Of a stretch of DNA of 64,000 nucleotides, positions 17,115-26,712 are shown one piece after another; position 1 is the stretch's first letter, and each line of letters begins with the position of its first letter. The stretch lies in assembly GCA_947085035.1 (NCBI GenBank), contig CAMTUW010000007.1:89960-153959 (forward strand). The letters run 5' to 3'. A program made the position numbers and the translations under genes. This DNA comes from an uncultured Actinomycetes bacterium. GTDB taxonomy: Bacteria; Actinomycetota; Coriobacteriia; Anaerosomatales; PHET01. Below the pieces are notes generated by a model. The model ran no database searches, was not told where the DNA came from, and was given only the letters and a program-made list of their open reading frames with translations.

Positions 17115-18785
17115 TCACACCACAACGCGCATGATCTCCTCGATCGACGTCTGTCCGAGCAGAATCTTCGAGAAGCCGTCGTCGCGCAACGTGAGCATCC
17201 CCTCAGACACCGCTTGACGTTTGATCTCGTCCGACGAGACGTTTTCCACGGTGAGCCGCTCGAGCTCTTCTGACATCGACATGACCTCATGGACGCCCAT
17301 GCGCCCTTTATAGCCGATGCCGTTGCACTTCTTGCAGCCTCGATGGCGATAGACTGTCGGAGGGTTCCCGGGCTCGAAAGGAAACCCGATGCGCTCGAGT
17401 GCCGCTTCCTCGGGCGTGTACTGCTCCTTGCACGCGCCGCAAAGACGCCTGGCGAGACGCTGCGCGACGACCAGCGTGACCGCCGATGCCGTGAGAAACG
17501 GCTCGATTCCCATCTCCGTGAGTCGCGTGATCGCTGAGGGCGCGTCATTGGTGTGCAGCGTGGACAGCACGAGGTGCCCTGTCAGCGCTGCCTCGATGGC
17601 GATCGTTCCCGTCTCTCGGTCACGAATCTCGCCGATCATGACCTTGTCAGGATCCTGACGCAGGATGGAACGAAGGGCGGCCGCGAACGAGAGTCCCGCC
17701 TTCTCGTTGACGTGGACCTGAGATAGACCCGCCAAACGGTACTCGACGGGGTCCTCGACCGTGATGAGGTTGGTCTTGGGGTCGTTCGTCTCGTTGATGG
17801 CGGCGTACAGGGTCGTGGACTTTCCTGAGCCGGTGGGGCCCGTGACCAGAATGGCGCCGTACGGTAGCGCGAGCGCGTCCAGGAGCCGTTGCATGTTCTG
17901 TTCGAGGAATCCCAGGTCCTTCAGAGACATCATGATGGAATCCCTGCGCAGCAGTCGCAAGACGGCCAGCTCGCCGTGCACGAGTGGCAATGTCGCGACG
18001 CGGAAGTCGACCGCTTTGCCGTCAAGCGTCACACCGAAGCGGCCATCGAGTGGAACCCGGCGCTCAGAGATGTCCATGCCCGAACTGATCTTGAGGCGGC
18101 TGATGAGTTGCCGGTGCACCTTCTTCGGCGTGTGGAGGATCTCTCGGCACACACCGTCGATGCGAAACCTCACCCGCATCTCGTGCTCATACGGTTCGAT
18201 GTAGATGTCGCCTGCGCCCTGCCTGATCGCGTCGGTCACGATCTGATTCATCAACTTCGCAACGACCGAGTTGGCTGAATCGTCGACCTCCTCTTCCCGG
18301 TCGACGGAGCTGATGGCGTCTTCGAGGTCACCGAGCATGCCGTCCACGTTGGTCTGGTTCGTGGCGAACCGGTCGATGGTCGACACCAGATCGCTCATGG
18401 TGGCGACAACGGGTCGAATCTCCAGCCGCGTCACGATCCGCAGGTCGTCGATGGCGAAGATGTTCGCCGGGTCCGACATAGCGACGACGAGCTCGTCGTC
18501 TTCGAGCTTGATGGGGAGCACGTGGTGCTTGCGCATGAGTTCTGTTGGGATGAGCATCGCGGCGCTGGGATCGATGTCGTAAGAGGCGATGTCGACGAAG
18601 GCGAGGCCCATCTGCTCGGCAACAGCCTGAGCGACGCGAGTCTCGGTCGCCAGCCCCATCTCCTCCATCACGACCGCCAACGGGCGACCAGCGGACTGCT
18701 CGAGCGCAGCGGAAAGCTGCTCATCCGTTATGACACCAGCGGAAACAAGCATACGGCCGAGCCTTTGCATGGTGGCCTGTGACAA
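17115..18785 (-). CDS. Second GspE/PilB-type pilus ATPase (paralogue 2), with a degenerate MshEN-like N-terminus
   Basis: 556 aa with Walker A 'GPTGSGKST', 'MIGEIRD', 'TGHLVLSTLHTN' and the tetracysteine 'CGAC...CKKCNGIGYKGR', so it is extension type rather than PilT-like. The TTG start at 18785 is 3 nt after the aroE stop; an alternative ATG lies at 18770. Confidence 0.9.
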   Translation of the reverse strand: MSQATMQRLGRMLVSAGVITDEQLSAALEQSAGRPLAVVMEEMGLATETRVAQAVAEQMGLAFVDIASYDIDPSAAMLIPTELMRKHHVLPIKLEDDELVVAMSDPANIFAIDDLRIVTRLEIRPVVATMSDLVSTIDRFATNQTNVDGMLGDLEDAISSVDREEEVDDSANSVVAKLMNQIVTDAIRQGAGDIYIEPYEHEMRVRFRIDGVCREILHTPKKVHRQLISRLKISSGMDISERRVPLDGRFGVTLDGKAVDFRVATLPLVHGELAVLRLLRRDSIMMSLKDLGFLEQNMQRLLDALALPYGAILVTGPTGSGKSTTLYAAINETNDPKTNLITVEDPVEYRLAGLSQVHVNEKAGLSFAAALRSILRQDPDKVMIGEIRDRETGTIAIEAALTGHLVLSTLHTNDAPSAITRLTEMGIEPFLTASAVTLVVAQRLARRLCGACKEQYTPEEAALERIGFPFEPGNPPTVYRHRGCKKCNGIGYKGRMGVHEVMSMSEELERLTVENVSSDEIKRQAVSEGMLTLRDDGFSKILLGQTSIEEIMRVVV

Positions 18786-18788
18786 TCG

Positions 18789-19676
18789 TCATCCCCTCGT
18801 TCGCCGCGACGCGAGCTCAGTCTCGGCCGCTTGACGCATCACGTCGCGTGGCACCCGTACCTGTGCGTTGTCATTCCAGATATCGACCGCGATCGCCCCT
18901 TGGGCCACGAGCATACTGATTCCGTCGAACGCCGTCGCGCCCACCTGTGCGGCCTCGCGCACCAGTGCCGTTGGGAGCGCGGTCCCGTACACCATGTCGT
19001 AGACCACCTGCCCCGGAGAGATCCATGCGATCGGGAGCGGACTCGGATCATCGGGCTTCATGCCAACCGGAGTCGCATTGACGATGAGATCAGCGCGCCT
19101 CACCCACTCTTCGGACTGAGGCAACGCGGCGACTCGGGCCTCCATTCCGCCGAGGTGCGGATGCATCCTTTGAAGAAGCTTCTCGCCGCGTGTGGCATCG
19201 CGAGCGACGACCGTCACGCTGGCCGCACGCGCCAACAGAAGGGCGACGAAAGCGCCGCCGGCGGCCCCTCCCGAACCGATGATGACGATGTGTTTGCCTT
19301 CGGGAGTGAAGTCGACGTCGGTCTGCAGCGCCTCGAGCAGTCCTCGTCCATCGGTGTTGTAGCCCACCAGCTTGCCGTCGACGACATGCACGGCATTCAC
19401 GGCCCCGGCCATGCTCGCGGCCATCGCCACCTCGTCACACAGTTCGAGAACGGCGTTCTTGAACGGCATCGTGACGCTGAAGCCCACCAGCTGAAGCGAG
19501 GGAGCAAGCGCCATGAAGCGCCGAAGCGCGGTCTCGTCGGGCAGCTCCAGCGGCACGAACGCCCAGTTCAGGTCGAGGTGCGCGTAGACGGCGTTGTGCA
19601 TCGCTGGCGAGAGCGTGTGCCCGAGAGGGTGGCCGATGACGCATGCGAGTTTCGTCTTGCCGTCGATCCCGGTCAT
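18789..19676 (-). CDS. aroE: Shikimate 5-dehydrogenase
   Basis: 'KLACVIGHPLGHTLSPAMHNAVY' and the NAD(P) site 'VIIGSGGAAGG' are AroE hallmarks. The ATG at 19676 is preceded by AAAGGA; alternative ATGs lie at 19694 and 19712. The ORF track extends to 19775. Confidence 0.88.
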   Translation of the reverse strand: MTGIDGKTKLACVIGHPLGHTLSPAMHNAVYAHLDLNWAFVPLELPDETALRRFMALAPSLQLVGFSVTMPFKNAVLELCDEVAMAASMAGAVNAVHVVDGKLVGYNTDGRGLLEALQTDVDFTPEGKHIVIIGSGGAAGGAFVALLLARAASVTVVARDATRGEKLLQRMHPHLGGMEARVAALPQSEEWVRRADLIVNATPVGMKPDDPSPLPIAWISPGQVVYDMVYGTALPTALVREAAQVGATAFDGISMLVAQGAIAVDIWNDNAQVRVPRDVMRQAAETELASRRTRG

Positions 19677-19719
19677 CAGCGTCGTCCTTTTCATGCGGGA
19701 GACTCGCGACATGTCGAGT

Positions 19720-20208
19720 CTAGGGTAGTGGGCGCCGCTCCGCCAACAGGCACCTTTCCAAGTGACGGAGAACAAGTGTGTGCGGGAGGTCGGAGGAGGA
19801 CAGCGGGGTCACGAGAATCGTGCGCATGCCCAAGAGGTTGCCGCCCAAGATATCTGTGAACAGCTGATCGCCAACGACGGCCGCGCTGCCCTGGTTCGAT
19901 CCCATCTGTGCGAGCCCCTTCTTGAACGCGAACGGTAACGGCTTGAGCGCTTTTGCCACGAGGTCGAATCCTATTCGGCGCGCCACATCGGGAACGTGAG
20001 GGTGCCAGTTGTTTGACACGATGCAGACGCGAAAACCCTTGGCCTTCACTGCACGTGCCCACTCGACCAAGTCGTCAGGGACTTCTTGAGCATCACGGGG
20101 CATGAGGGTGTTGTCCAAGTCGATGAGCAGAGTGTCGATCCCGCTCGCGGACAGCTCTTCGAGGTCTATGTCTCGCACGCTACGGTAGTAATCGTCGGGT
20201 CTCAGCAT
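19720..20208 (-). CDS. YqeG-family HAD-IIIA phosphatase
   Basis: 162 aa with 'LLIDLDNTL' (DxDxT motif I), 'CIVSNN' (motif II) and 'VVGDQLFTDILGGN' (motif IV). The yqeG-aroE adjacency matches Bacillus. Confidence 0.8.
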   Translation of the reverse strand: MLRPDDYYRSVRDIDLEELSASGIDTLLIDLDNTLMPRDAQEVPDDLVEWARAVKAKGFRVCIVSNNWHPHVPDVARRIGFDLVAKALKPLPFAFKKGLAQMGSNQGSAAVVGDQLFTDILGGNLLGMRTILVTPLSSSDLPHTLVLRHLERCLLAERRPLP

Positions 20209-20894
20209 CAGTGGTCCTGCACTCCGTCTCCATCATGGTCGTGGTCGCCGGCTCCGGCACCGGCCTCTCTCATCCGCTCGAGCACCTGGTCGAGTCGGGC
20301 GCTGTCTTCGAGACGGCCGTACTTGGCCAGCGCGTCCCGGGCAACGATGACCCCTTCGTAGAGGGCTTCCTCATCCATCCACGTGAGCGTATCGGACATG
20401 ATCTCGTCGATGAGCGGCTCGATCTGTGCCTGGTTGGCCTGCGCGTCCTCGATGTAGAGCAACTGCGCGAGGTTGCTCGTCAGAAGACCGGAACGCGGAT
20501 TCGCCTCAAGACCCCGGCGTGCGATGGCCAGCCCTTCTTCCTCGGACACACTTATTCTCGCGAGCCACGACGCGAGATAGTACGCCTGCTCGAACTGGGG
20601 ATCGAGCACAGTGACCATGTTGAGCGTCGGCATCATGTACGTCTGTTTCGCGAGGGGAATTCCTTCGTAGTATTCGTGGAACTGCGGGTCGAGCCGGTTC
20701 CAGAGAACTGCGGCCACGAATCTGCGCAGACCTCCCAGGTAGGCGAACCCGGTGCGCCCCACGCTACTGGTGGCGCCGACTCCCGCATCCTGCGGCGCTG
20801 CGGTGACAGCGAGGGCTTGGGCGCTGAACAGCAGCACCGCCGCGAGCGCCATACCGACCACGAACGTGCGGATGTCGAGGGCTCCCGTCTTCAC
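20208..20894 (-). CDS. Secreted or membrane-anchored helical-repeat protein with a His/Asp-rich C-terminal tail
   Basis: It has an N-terminal signal/TM 'FVVGMALAAVLLFSAQALA' and the C-terminus 'GAGAGDHDHDGDGVQDH'. It is translationally coupled to the ABC-2 permease upstream (4-nt overlap). I recognise no family. Confidence 0.5.
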   Translation of the reverse strand: MKTGALDIRTFVVGMALAAVLLFSAQALAVTAAPQDAGVGATSSVGRTGFAYLGGLRRFVAAVLWNRLDPQFHEYYEGIPLAKQTYMMPTLNMVTVLDPQFEQAYYLASWLARISVSEEEGLAIARRGLEANPRSGLLTSNLAQLLYIEDAQANQAQIEPLIDEIMSDTLTWMDEEALYEGVIVARDALAKYGRLEDSARLDQVLERMREAGAGAGDHDHDGDGVQDH

Positions 20895-21628
20895 AGGTCA
20901 CGCGCCTGAAACACTCGGGTCGCCACGAGTAGAAGAATGGCCACCCACGCAACGAACGCGGTGAGCATCGTCAGAGCATAGACGCCGGAGTACCCGGTCC
21001 CGTGAGAAACCGCGTTCACCACGTCGAACATCTCAAGCGATGGGATGTAGCTCGGGGCCGAGACGTTCGCAGCGCCACCCGTGTACAGGGTCGAGATCGA
21101 ATGTCCGACGAAGACGAACACGAGGGCCCCCACTGACGAGGTGACCGCGCCCACACGGGTCGACAGCGCCATTCCGAACGCGCCAACGACGCCCATCTCG
21201 AGCCACACCGCGAAGGCAGCCATCACCAAGCGGGTCATAAGCGATCCATAGACCACTCCCCCGATCGCGATGGTGACCACTGTGGACGCAGCGATAACGG
21301 CACCGGTCACGAGGAATATCCCCAGCCAGGTGCCTGCAAGGTACTGCCATCGACGCACATCCCGAGAAAGCAGGCCGAACACCGTCCGGCGTTCCACCTC
21401 GCCCGGGACCCGCGTGGCCGCGAGCGCGATCGTGACGACGAGCGAGGACGCGTACATGAGCGAGATCGCGACCTCGCGAAAGACCGCGTCGACGACACCG
21501 ACACCGTAGCTTGGAAGCGAGGGCGCCACGATGGCGAGCAGACCCGCGAAGACGATCACCATCCACACGACCTTGCGGCGGATGGCGTCAGCCACAACCG
21601 CGCGGGCGATCACGAGAACCGGCCTCAT
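20891..21628 (-). CDS. ABC-2 type transporter permease
   Basis: 245 aa with about six hydrophobic segments. It overlaps the ATPase gene stop by 4 nt. Confidence 0.7.
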   Translation of the reverse strand: MRPVLVIARAVVADAIRRKVVWMVIVFAGLLAIVAPSLPSYGVGVVDAVFREVAISLMYASSLVVTIALAATRVPGEVERRTVFGLLSRDVRRWQYLAGTWLGIFLVTGAVIAASTVVTIAIGGVVYGSLMTRLVMAAFAVWLEMGVVGAFGMALSTRVGAVTSSVGALVFVFVGHSISTLYTGGAANVSAPSYIPSLEMFDVVNAVSHGTGYSGVYALTMLTAFVAWVAILLLVATRVFQARDL

Positions 21629-22572
21629 GTCACACCGCCTTCCTCGACGGGTGCCGCCTCGAGCAGGTTCGCGAAGTACTCCTCGAGAGAATCCCGCTTG
21701 GGGGTCACGGCGAGCAAGCGCCAGCCGGAGTCGTAGAGTGTATCGATGACCTCTCGGACATCTGCGTCAGCTACCGAAAAGACCGCGACGCCGCCCACGA
21801 CGGCCTGCTCGACGATTCGAGCAGCGACCGCGTCCGGCAGTGCGCCATCGCCTTGGACCCTAATCGACGTCTGACCGGCCACGTTGAGCAGGTCGTCGAT
21901 GTGTCCTCGTGCCGCAACCCGGCCCCTGTCAAGAATCGTCACCTCGTCGCAGACCGCCTCGACCTCGGAGAGCTGGTGTGACGAGAGCAACACGCCAACG
22001 CCTTGTCCCTTCAGCTCTTGGATGATGTTGCGGACATCTCGCTGGCCCACCGGGTCAAGGCCTGACGCGGGCTCATCGAACACGATCACTTCGGGAGACC
22101 CGAGCAGCGCCACGGCGAGTCCCAGTCGCTGCAACATGCCTCGCGAGAAGCGGGCGAGTCGCGTTCCTCCCTTATGCTCGAGTCCCACTCGTTCGAGCAG
22201 TTCGTCGATCTCGAGAAGAGCTTCTCGCCGATCGAGCCCGAGCAGCTCGGCATGAAGACCGAGTACCTCTGAAGCACTGAGCAGTGAGGGGAAGTAGGGC
22301 TGCTCCGGAAGGAATCCGACGTTGGAGCGCGCGCCCGGAAGATGGGCGGGGACGCCGGATATCTCGAAGACGCCCGCCGAAGGTGTCACCAGCCCGAGCA
22401 GCATCTTGAGCGTGGTGGTCTTCCCTGCCCCGTTGGGGCCGAGCAGACCGTGAACGCTTCCGTGCGAGACGCTGAGAGAGACTTCCGTCACCGCATCGGG
22501 CCTGCCCACTGCGGTCGAGCCGTAGGACTTGCGCGCACCCTCGATACGGATCGCGAGCGATTCTGCGGTCAC
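21625..22572 (-). CDS. ABC transporter ATP-binding protein (ABC-2/DrrA-like)
   Basis: Walker A 'GPNGAGKTT', signature 'FSRGMLQRLGLA', Walker B 'VIVFDEP' and an H-loop 'LSSH'. Confidence 0.9.
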   Translation of the reverse strand: MTAESLAIRIEGARKSYGSTAVGRPDAVTEVSLSVSHGSVHGLLGPNGAGKTTTLKMLLGLVTPSAGVFEISGVPAHLPGARSNVGFLPEQPYFPSLLSASEVLGLHAELLGLDRREALLEIDELLERVGLEHKGGTRLARFSRGMLQRLGLAVALLGSPEVIVFDEPASGLDPVGQRDVRNIIQELKGQGVGVLLSSHQLSEVEAVCDEVTILDRGRVAARGHIDDLLNVAGQTSIRVQGDGALPDAVAARIVEQAVVGGVAVFSVADADVREVIDTLYDSGWRLLAVTPKRDSLEEYFANLLEAAPVEEGGVT

Positions 22573-23633
22573 CTGCCGAACACCTCCTTGGATATCGCCT
22601 TGGCTTTGAGGAAGTCGCGCTTGTTCGTGGTGAACGTGTGCGATCCGTCCTTGCCCGTCAGTACGTAGTATAGATATTCGGTCTCGGCAGGTCGGGCTGC
22701 CGCTTCGAGGGCGGCCAGTCCCGGACTCGCGATCGGACCGGGTGGCAGGCCCCGTGCGCGGTAGGTATTGTAGGGACTGTCGATCTCTAGGTCTTTGTAC
22801 CGCAAACGGAACCGGTTTCCCGGCAAGACGTATTCCACCGTAGCGTCGATCTCGAGTCGCATCCCTTTGGCCAGCCGGTTGTGTATGACCGAGGAGACCA
22901 GCGCACGCTCATCCGCCAACCTGCTCTCACGCTCGACCATCGACGCCAGCGTGACGAGTTCGTTCAGTCCGAGTCCTCTGGCCGCAGCGGCGCTCGTGTC
23001 GACCCGCGCGATCTCGGCGTCGAACTGGTCGAGCATCATCTCGAGTACCTGCTGGGCAGACGAGCCCTCCCGAACGCGATAGGTCTTGGGGAAGAGGTAG
23101 CCCTCGAGCGACCCGTCGTAGGCGTCAGCAAGGTACGGATGGCCCTCGACGAAGTGCTCCGCACCACCCTTGGCGAGCGCGAGCGTCTCCTCTGCGGGAA
23201 TGCCCAGCTCCTTTTCGAGTCGGGCCGCGACCTGCTCGACCACGAACCCCTCGGGAATCGTCACCGCGACGTAGGCTACCGACGGGCCTTCCAAGAGGCG
23301 GTCGATGGCGTCGTTGTAAGACATCCCCGTGGACAGGTCGTAGTCACCGGCCCGCAGCGCCCCGTCAGCCCCGACCAGACGAACCCGGAGCCTGAACGCG
23401 TTCGGGTTTGCCACGACGCCTTCCTTCGCCAGAACGATCCCGATCCCGGCGGTGCTCTCCCCCTGCTTGATGGTCACGCTCACCGGACGCCCCGCCTCGA
23501 CGGCGCGAGACGGACGGAGGAAGACGGCCCAGGTCGCATAGACAAGCATGATCACGAACAGCATTGCGACCGAGACCACCGCGATCAGCGCGGCGCGTTT
23601 GCGGGGACGGTCCGTGTCAGTGCCGCGGGCCAT
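22569..23633 (-). CDS. mltG: Endolytic murein transglycosylase MltG (YceG-like)
   Basis: N-terminal TM and a YceG-domain pattern '...LEGYLFPKTY...', 'LASMVERE', 'SPYNTYRARGLPPGPIASPG'. Confidence 0.9.
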   Translation of the reverse strand: MARGTDTDRPRKRAALIAVVSVAMLFVIMLVYATWAVFLRPSRAVEAGRPVSVTIKQGESTAGIGIVLAKEGVVANPNAFRLRVRLVGADGALRAGDYDLSTGMSYNDAIDRLLEGPSVAYVAVTIPEGFVVEQVAARLEKELGIPAEETLALAKGGAEHFVEGHPYLADAYDGSLEGYLFPKTYRVREGSSAQQVLEMMLDQFDAEIARVDTSAAAARGLGLNELVTLASMVERESRLADERALVSSVIHNRLAKGMRLEIDATVEYVLPGNRFRLRYKDLEIDSPYNTYRARGLPPGPIASPGLAALEAAARPAETEYLYYVLTGKDGSHTFTTNKRDFLKAKAISKEVFGR

Positions 23634-24073
23634 CAGGAACGTCCGGCCTCGGGCTCGTCAAGCGAGCTCGTCGCATCGAGAAAGGCCTGCAGCAGAATGG
23701 CGGCTGCGACCATGTCTTTGGAGCCCCGCTGCTCGCGCTCAGAGCAACCAGCCTCACGCATCCTCACACTGGCTTCAGCGGAAGTGAGGCGCTCGTCGAA
23801 GAAGGTCACCGGCAGCGTGACGCCGACCGTGAGGCGAGCTGCGAGCGTCCGGGTACGTCGCGCCTGCGGACCTTCGGTGCCGTCGAGCGAGTAGGGCATC
23901 CCGATCACGATGCGCTCGATCCCGTACTCGTCGACAATCGCCGAGAGATCGTCTCCGTTCGCGAACGCACGGGGACCGTCGAGTACGGTGAGCGGCGTAG
24001 CCACCCTGCCGGATGCGTCCGACACGGCAACGCCGATGCGCTTCTCGCCGATGTCGATGCCGAGCGTCCTCAT
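23633..24073 (-). CDS. ruvX: Putative pre-16S rRNA nuclease / Holliday junction resolvase-like protein RuvX (YqgF)
   Basis: 'MRTLGIDIGEKRIGVAVSD' at the N-terminus and 'DERLTS.EA' motifs. 146 aa, and it lies after alaS as in many Gram-positives. Confidence 0.9.
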   Translation of the reverse strand: MRTLGIDIGEKRIGVAVSDASGRVATPLTVLDGPRAFANGDDLSAIVDEYGIERIVIGMPYSLDGTEGPQARRTRTLAARLTVGVTLPVTFFDERLTSAEASVRMREAGCSEREQRGSKDMVAAAILLQAFLDATSSLDEPEAGRS

Positions 24074-24084
24074 CAGCGAATCGC

Positions 24085-26712
24085 TCAGGACGCGACGAGT
24101 GCGGCGCGAGCGGCCGAGAGCGCATCACTGATGCGCGACGAGTCCTCGCCGCCACCCTGGGCCATGGCCGGTTTCCCACCGCCGCGCCCGCCGAGAATCG
24201 GTGCGATCACGCGAACGACGCCACCTGCATCGAAGCCGCCTGCGAGCGCCGTGTCGTTTCCGGCCGCCAGAAAGATCGGCTTGGCAGTGTCGGGATCGGT
24301 GCCCACCAGCACGACCGCGTCGGCACCTCGAGAGCGAAGCGCGTCCCAGAGCGTACGCAGACCCGCCGCGCGTACATCGACCACTTCGGCGACCAACAGG
24401 CGATAGCCGTTGTGCTCGACGACTCCGGCGAGCAGCGCATCGATCGTGCCGTCTGCGACCACCTCTCCGGGCCGCGACGCGCCCGTTTCGAGCTCTTTGA
24501 CACGCGCGACGAGGGAGGCCACCTTCGCGGCGACATCGCGAGCCGTGACGCGCAGGATCCCGGCCGCCTCGGCGAGTTGGCTCTCTTGGGAGCGAACGAG
24601 TTCATAGGCATCAAAGCTCGTGACCGCCTCGATTCTTCGCAGATTGGCTCCCACCGAGCTTTCCGACACGATCTTGACGAACCCGATCTCGCTCGTGCGA
24701 GATACGTGGGTGCCGCCGCAGAGTTCCTTGCTGAAGTTACCCACCTCCAGCACACGAACGAAATCTGAGTACTTCTCGCCGAACAGTGCGGTGACGCCTG
24801 ATTCGCGTGCTGTGGCCAAAGAGGTCTCATAGGCCAGCGCGGGATGGTCCTCGAACACCTTCGCGTTGACGAGACGCTCCACCCGATCGAGCTGGGCGGC
24901 CGTCATACCCTCGAAGTTCGTGAAGTCGAATCTCAGCCTGTCGGGCGTAACGTGCGAGCCGGCCTGAGTCGCGTGCTCGCCAACGACGAGGCGCAGCGCC
25001 CAGTGGAGAAGGTGCGTGGCGGTGTGATTGCGGCGGATGCGCTCGCGGCGCATCACGTCGATGGAGGCGCGCACCGTGTCCCCGACCCGCAGGGTTCCGC
25101 TCTCCACGACGCCGAGATGCGCGGGAAGACCGGGCTCAGGCAGTCGCGTGTCGTGAACCGCGACCTTGGCACCGGCTGGGGTCTCGATGAGCCCGTGGTC
25201 GCCCACTTGGCCGCCCTGCTCACCGTAAAACGGTGTCTTGTCCAAGACGACCTGGACCTGTGAGCCCGGTGCGGCCTCCTCGACCGAGACACCGTCGACC
25301 ACGATGGCGCGCACCACCGCGTCGGCCGCGTCATGCGAGTAGCCCACGAACTCGACCTCGCCGCCTGCCGCGATCTGTGCGAACGTGCCGCCGGACGCCG
25401 ACCAGGACTCACCCTTGACCGCCGCGCGGGCGCGCGTCTTCTGTGCCTCCATCTCGAGGCGGAAGGTGGCCTCGTCGACGCCAAAGCCCCTCTCGGAGAC
25501 GATCTCTGTGGTGAGTTCGTACGGGAACCCGTACGTGTCGTGCAGCGTGAAGGCGACCGTGCCGTCAAGCACATCTTCGCCGGAAGCGGCGAGACGTGCG
25601 AGCTCGGCCTCAAGGAAGCTCAAACCCGTTCTCAGAGTCGCGGTGAAGCGCTCCTCCTCGTTCGTCACGATCCGTTCGATGAGGTCGCGGTGACTCACCA
25701 GTTCGGGGTAGGCCGCGCCCATGGATTCGATGACGTGGTTCACCAAGCGGTAGAGGAACGCGTCCTCGACGCCGAGCAGTCGCCCATGACGCACAGCTCG
25801 TCGCAGAAGGCGCCGAAGGACGTAGCCCCGCCCTTCGTTACCCGGCAAGATCCCGTCGGCGATCATGAACGAGACCGCACGGGCGTGATCGGCGATGATG
25901 CGCAGCGAGGTGTCCTCGCGGCCCCCGCCACCGTAGGCGACGCCGGATATCTCCTCGCCGAGCGCCATGAGTCCCCGCAGGATGTCAGTCTCGAAGTTCG
26001 TGCTCACGCCCTGCAGAATCGCGGCGATGCGCTCAAGACCCATACCGGTGTCGATGTTTTGCTTCGGTAGCGGCGAGAGCGTACCGTCCTCCGCGCGGTC
26101 GTACTGCATGAAGACGAGGTTCCAGTACTCGAGGTAGCGGTCGCAGTCGCAGCCCGGCGCGCACCGGGCGTCGCCGCAGCCGACGCCCTCGCCCTGATCG
26201 TAGTAGAGCTCGGAGCACGGACCGCACGGGCCGGTGGGGCCGGCTGACCAGAAGTTGTCCTTGGCGCCCATGCGCACGATACGCTGGGCAGGCACCTTGG
26301 ACTCCTCGAGCCACAGCTGTTCCGCCTCGTCGTCATCGTCATAGATCGAAGCCCAGATGCGATCCGGATCGAGACCCAACACGTCGACGGAGTACTCCCA
26401 CGACCAGCGGATCGCCTCTCGCTTGAAGTAGTCACCGAAGCTGAAGTTGCCCAGCATCTCGAAGAAGGAGTGGTGACGTCCCGTGGTCCCGATGATGTCG
26501 ATGTCGGTGGTCCGCACGCACTTCTGCACGGTCGTGGCGCGAGTGAACCCCAGATCCTTCACGCCGAGGAAGACGGACTTGAACTGCACCATCCCGGCGG
26601 TTGTGAGCAGCAAAGACGGATCGTCGGGAACGAGCGAAGAGGACGGCAACCGCCTCGATCCCTTGCTCTCGAAGTACCTCAGGAATGACTCACGTATCTC
26701 GGCGGAGTTCAC
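24085..26712 (-). CDS. alaS: Alanine--tRNA ligase
   Basis: 875 aa with 'IRESFLRYFESKG', 'FTTAGMVQFK', the editing-domain 'HTATHLLHWALR' and 'CGGTHV', and a C-terminal DHHA1-like domain. Confidence 0.97.
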   Translation of the reverse strand: MNSAEIRESFLRYFESKGSRRLPSSSLVPDDPSLLLTTAGMVQFKSVFLGVKDLGFTRATTVQKCVRTTDIDIIGTTGRHHSFFEMLGNFSFGDYFKREAIRWSWEYSVDVLGLDPDRIWASIYDDDDEAEQLWLEESKVPAQRIVRMGAKDNFWSAGPTGPCGPCSELYYDQGEGVGCGDARCAPGCDCDRYLEYWNLVFMQYDRAEDGTLSPLPKQNIDTGMGLERIAAILQGVSTNFETDILRGLMALGEEISGVAYGGGGREDTSLRIIADHARAVSFMIADGILPGNEGRGYVLRRLLRRAVRHGRLLGVEDAFLYRLVNHVIESMGAAYPELVSHRDLIERIVTNEEERFTATLRTGLSFLEAELARLAASGEDVLDGTVAFTLHDTYGFPYELTTEIVSERGFGVDEATFRLEMEAQKTRARAAVKGESWSASGGTFAQIAAGGEVEFVGYSHDAADAVVRAIVVDGVSVEEAAPGSQVQVVLDKTPFYGEQGGQVGDHGLIETPAGAKVAVHDTRLPEPGLPAHLGVVESGTLRVGDTVRASIDVMRRERIRRNHTATHLLHWALRLVVGEHATQAGSHVTPDRLRFDFTNFEGMTAAQLDRVERLVNAKVFEDHPALAYETSLATARESGVTALFGEKYSDFVRVLEVGNFSKELCGGTHVSRTSEIGFVKIVSESSVGANLRRIEAVTSFDAYELVRSQESQLAEAAGILRVTARDVAAKVASLVARVKELETGASRPGEVVADGTIDALLAGVVEHNGYRLLVAEVVDVRAAGLRTLWDALRSRGADAVVLVGTDPDTAKPIFLAAGNDTALAGGFDAGGVVRVIAPILGGRGGGKPAMAQGGGEDSSRISDALSAARAALVAS

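Noticed and set aside
17115-18785. The second ATPase considered as the missing PilT retraction motor
   Set aside because: Its length (556 aa), N-terminal T2SSE_N-type domain and tetracysteine motif are PilB/GspE features. PilT proteins are ~350 aa and lack both features.
18831-19859. 342-aa plus-strand ORF
   Set aside because: It is antisense to aroE and the yqeG-like gene, and its Arg/His-rich composition is that of a shadow frame.
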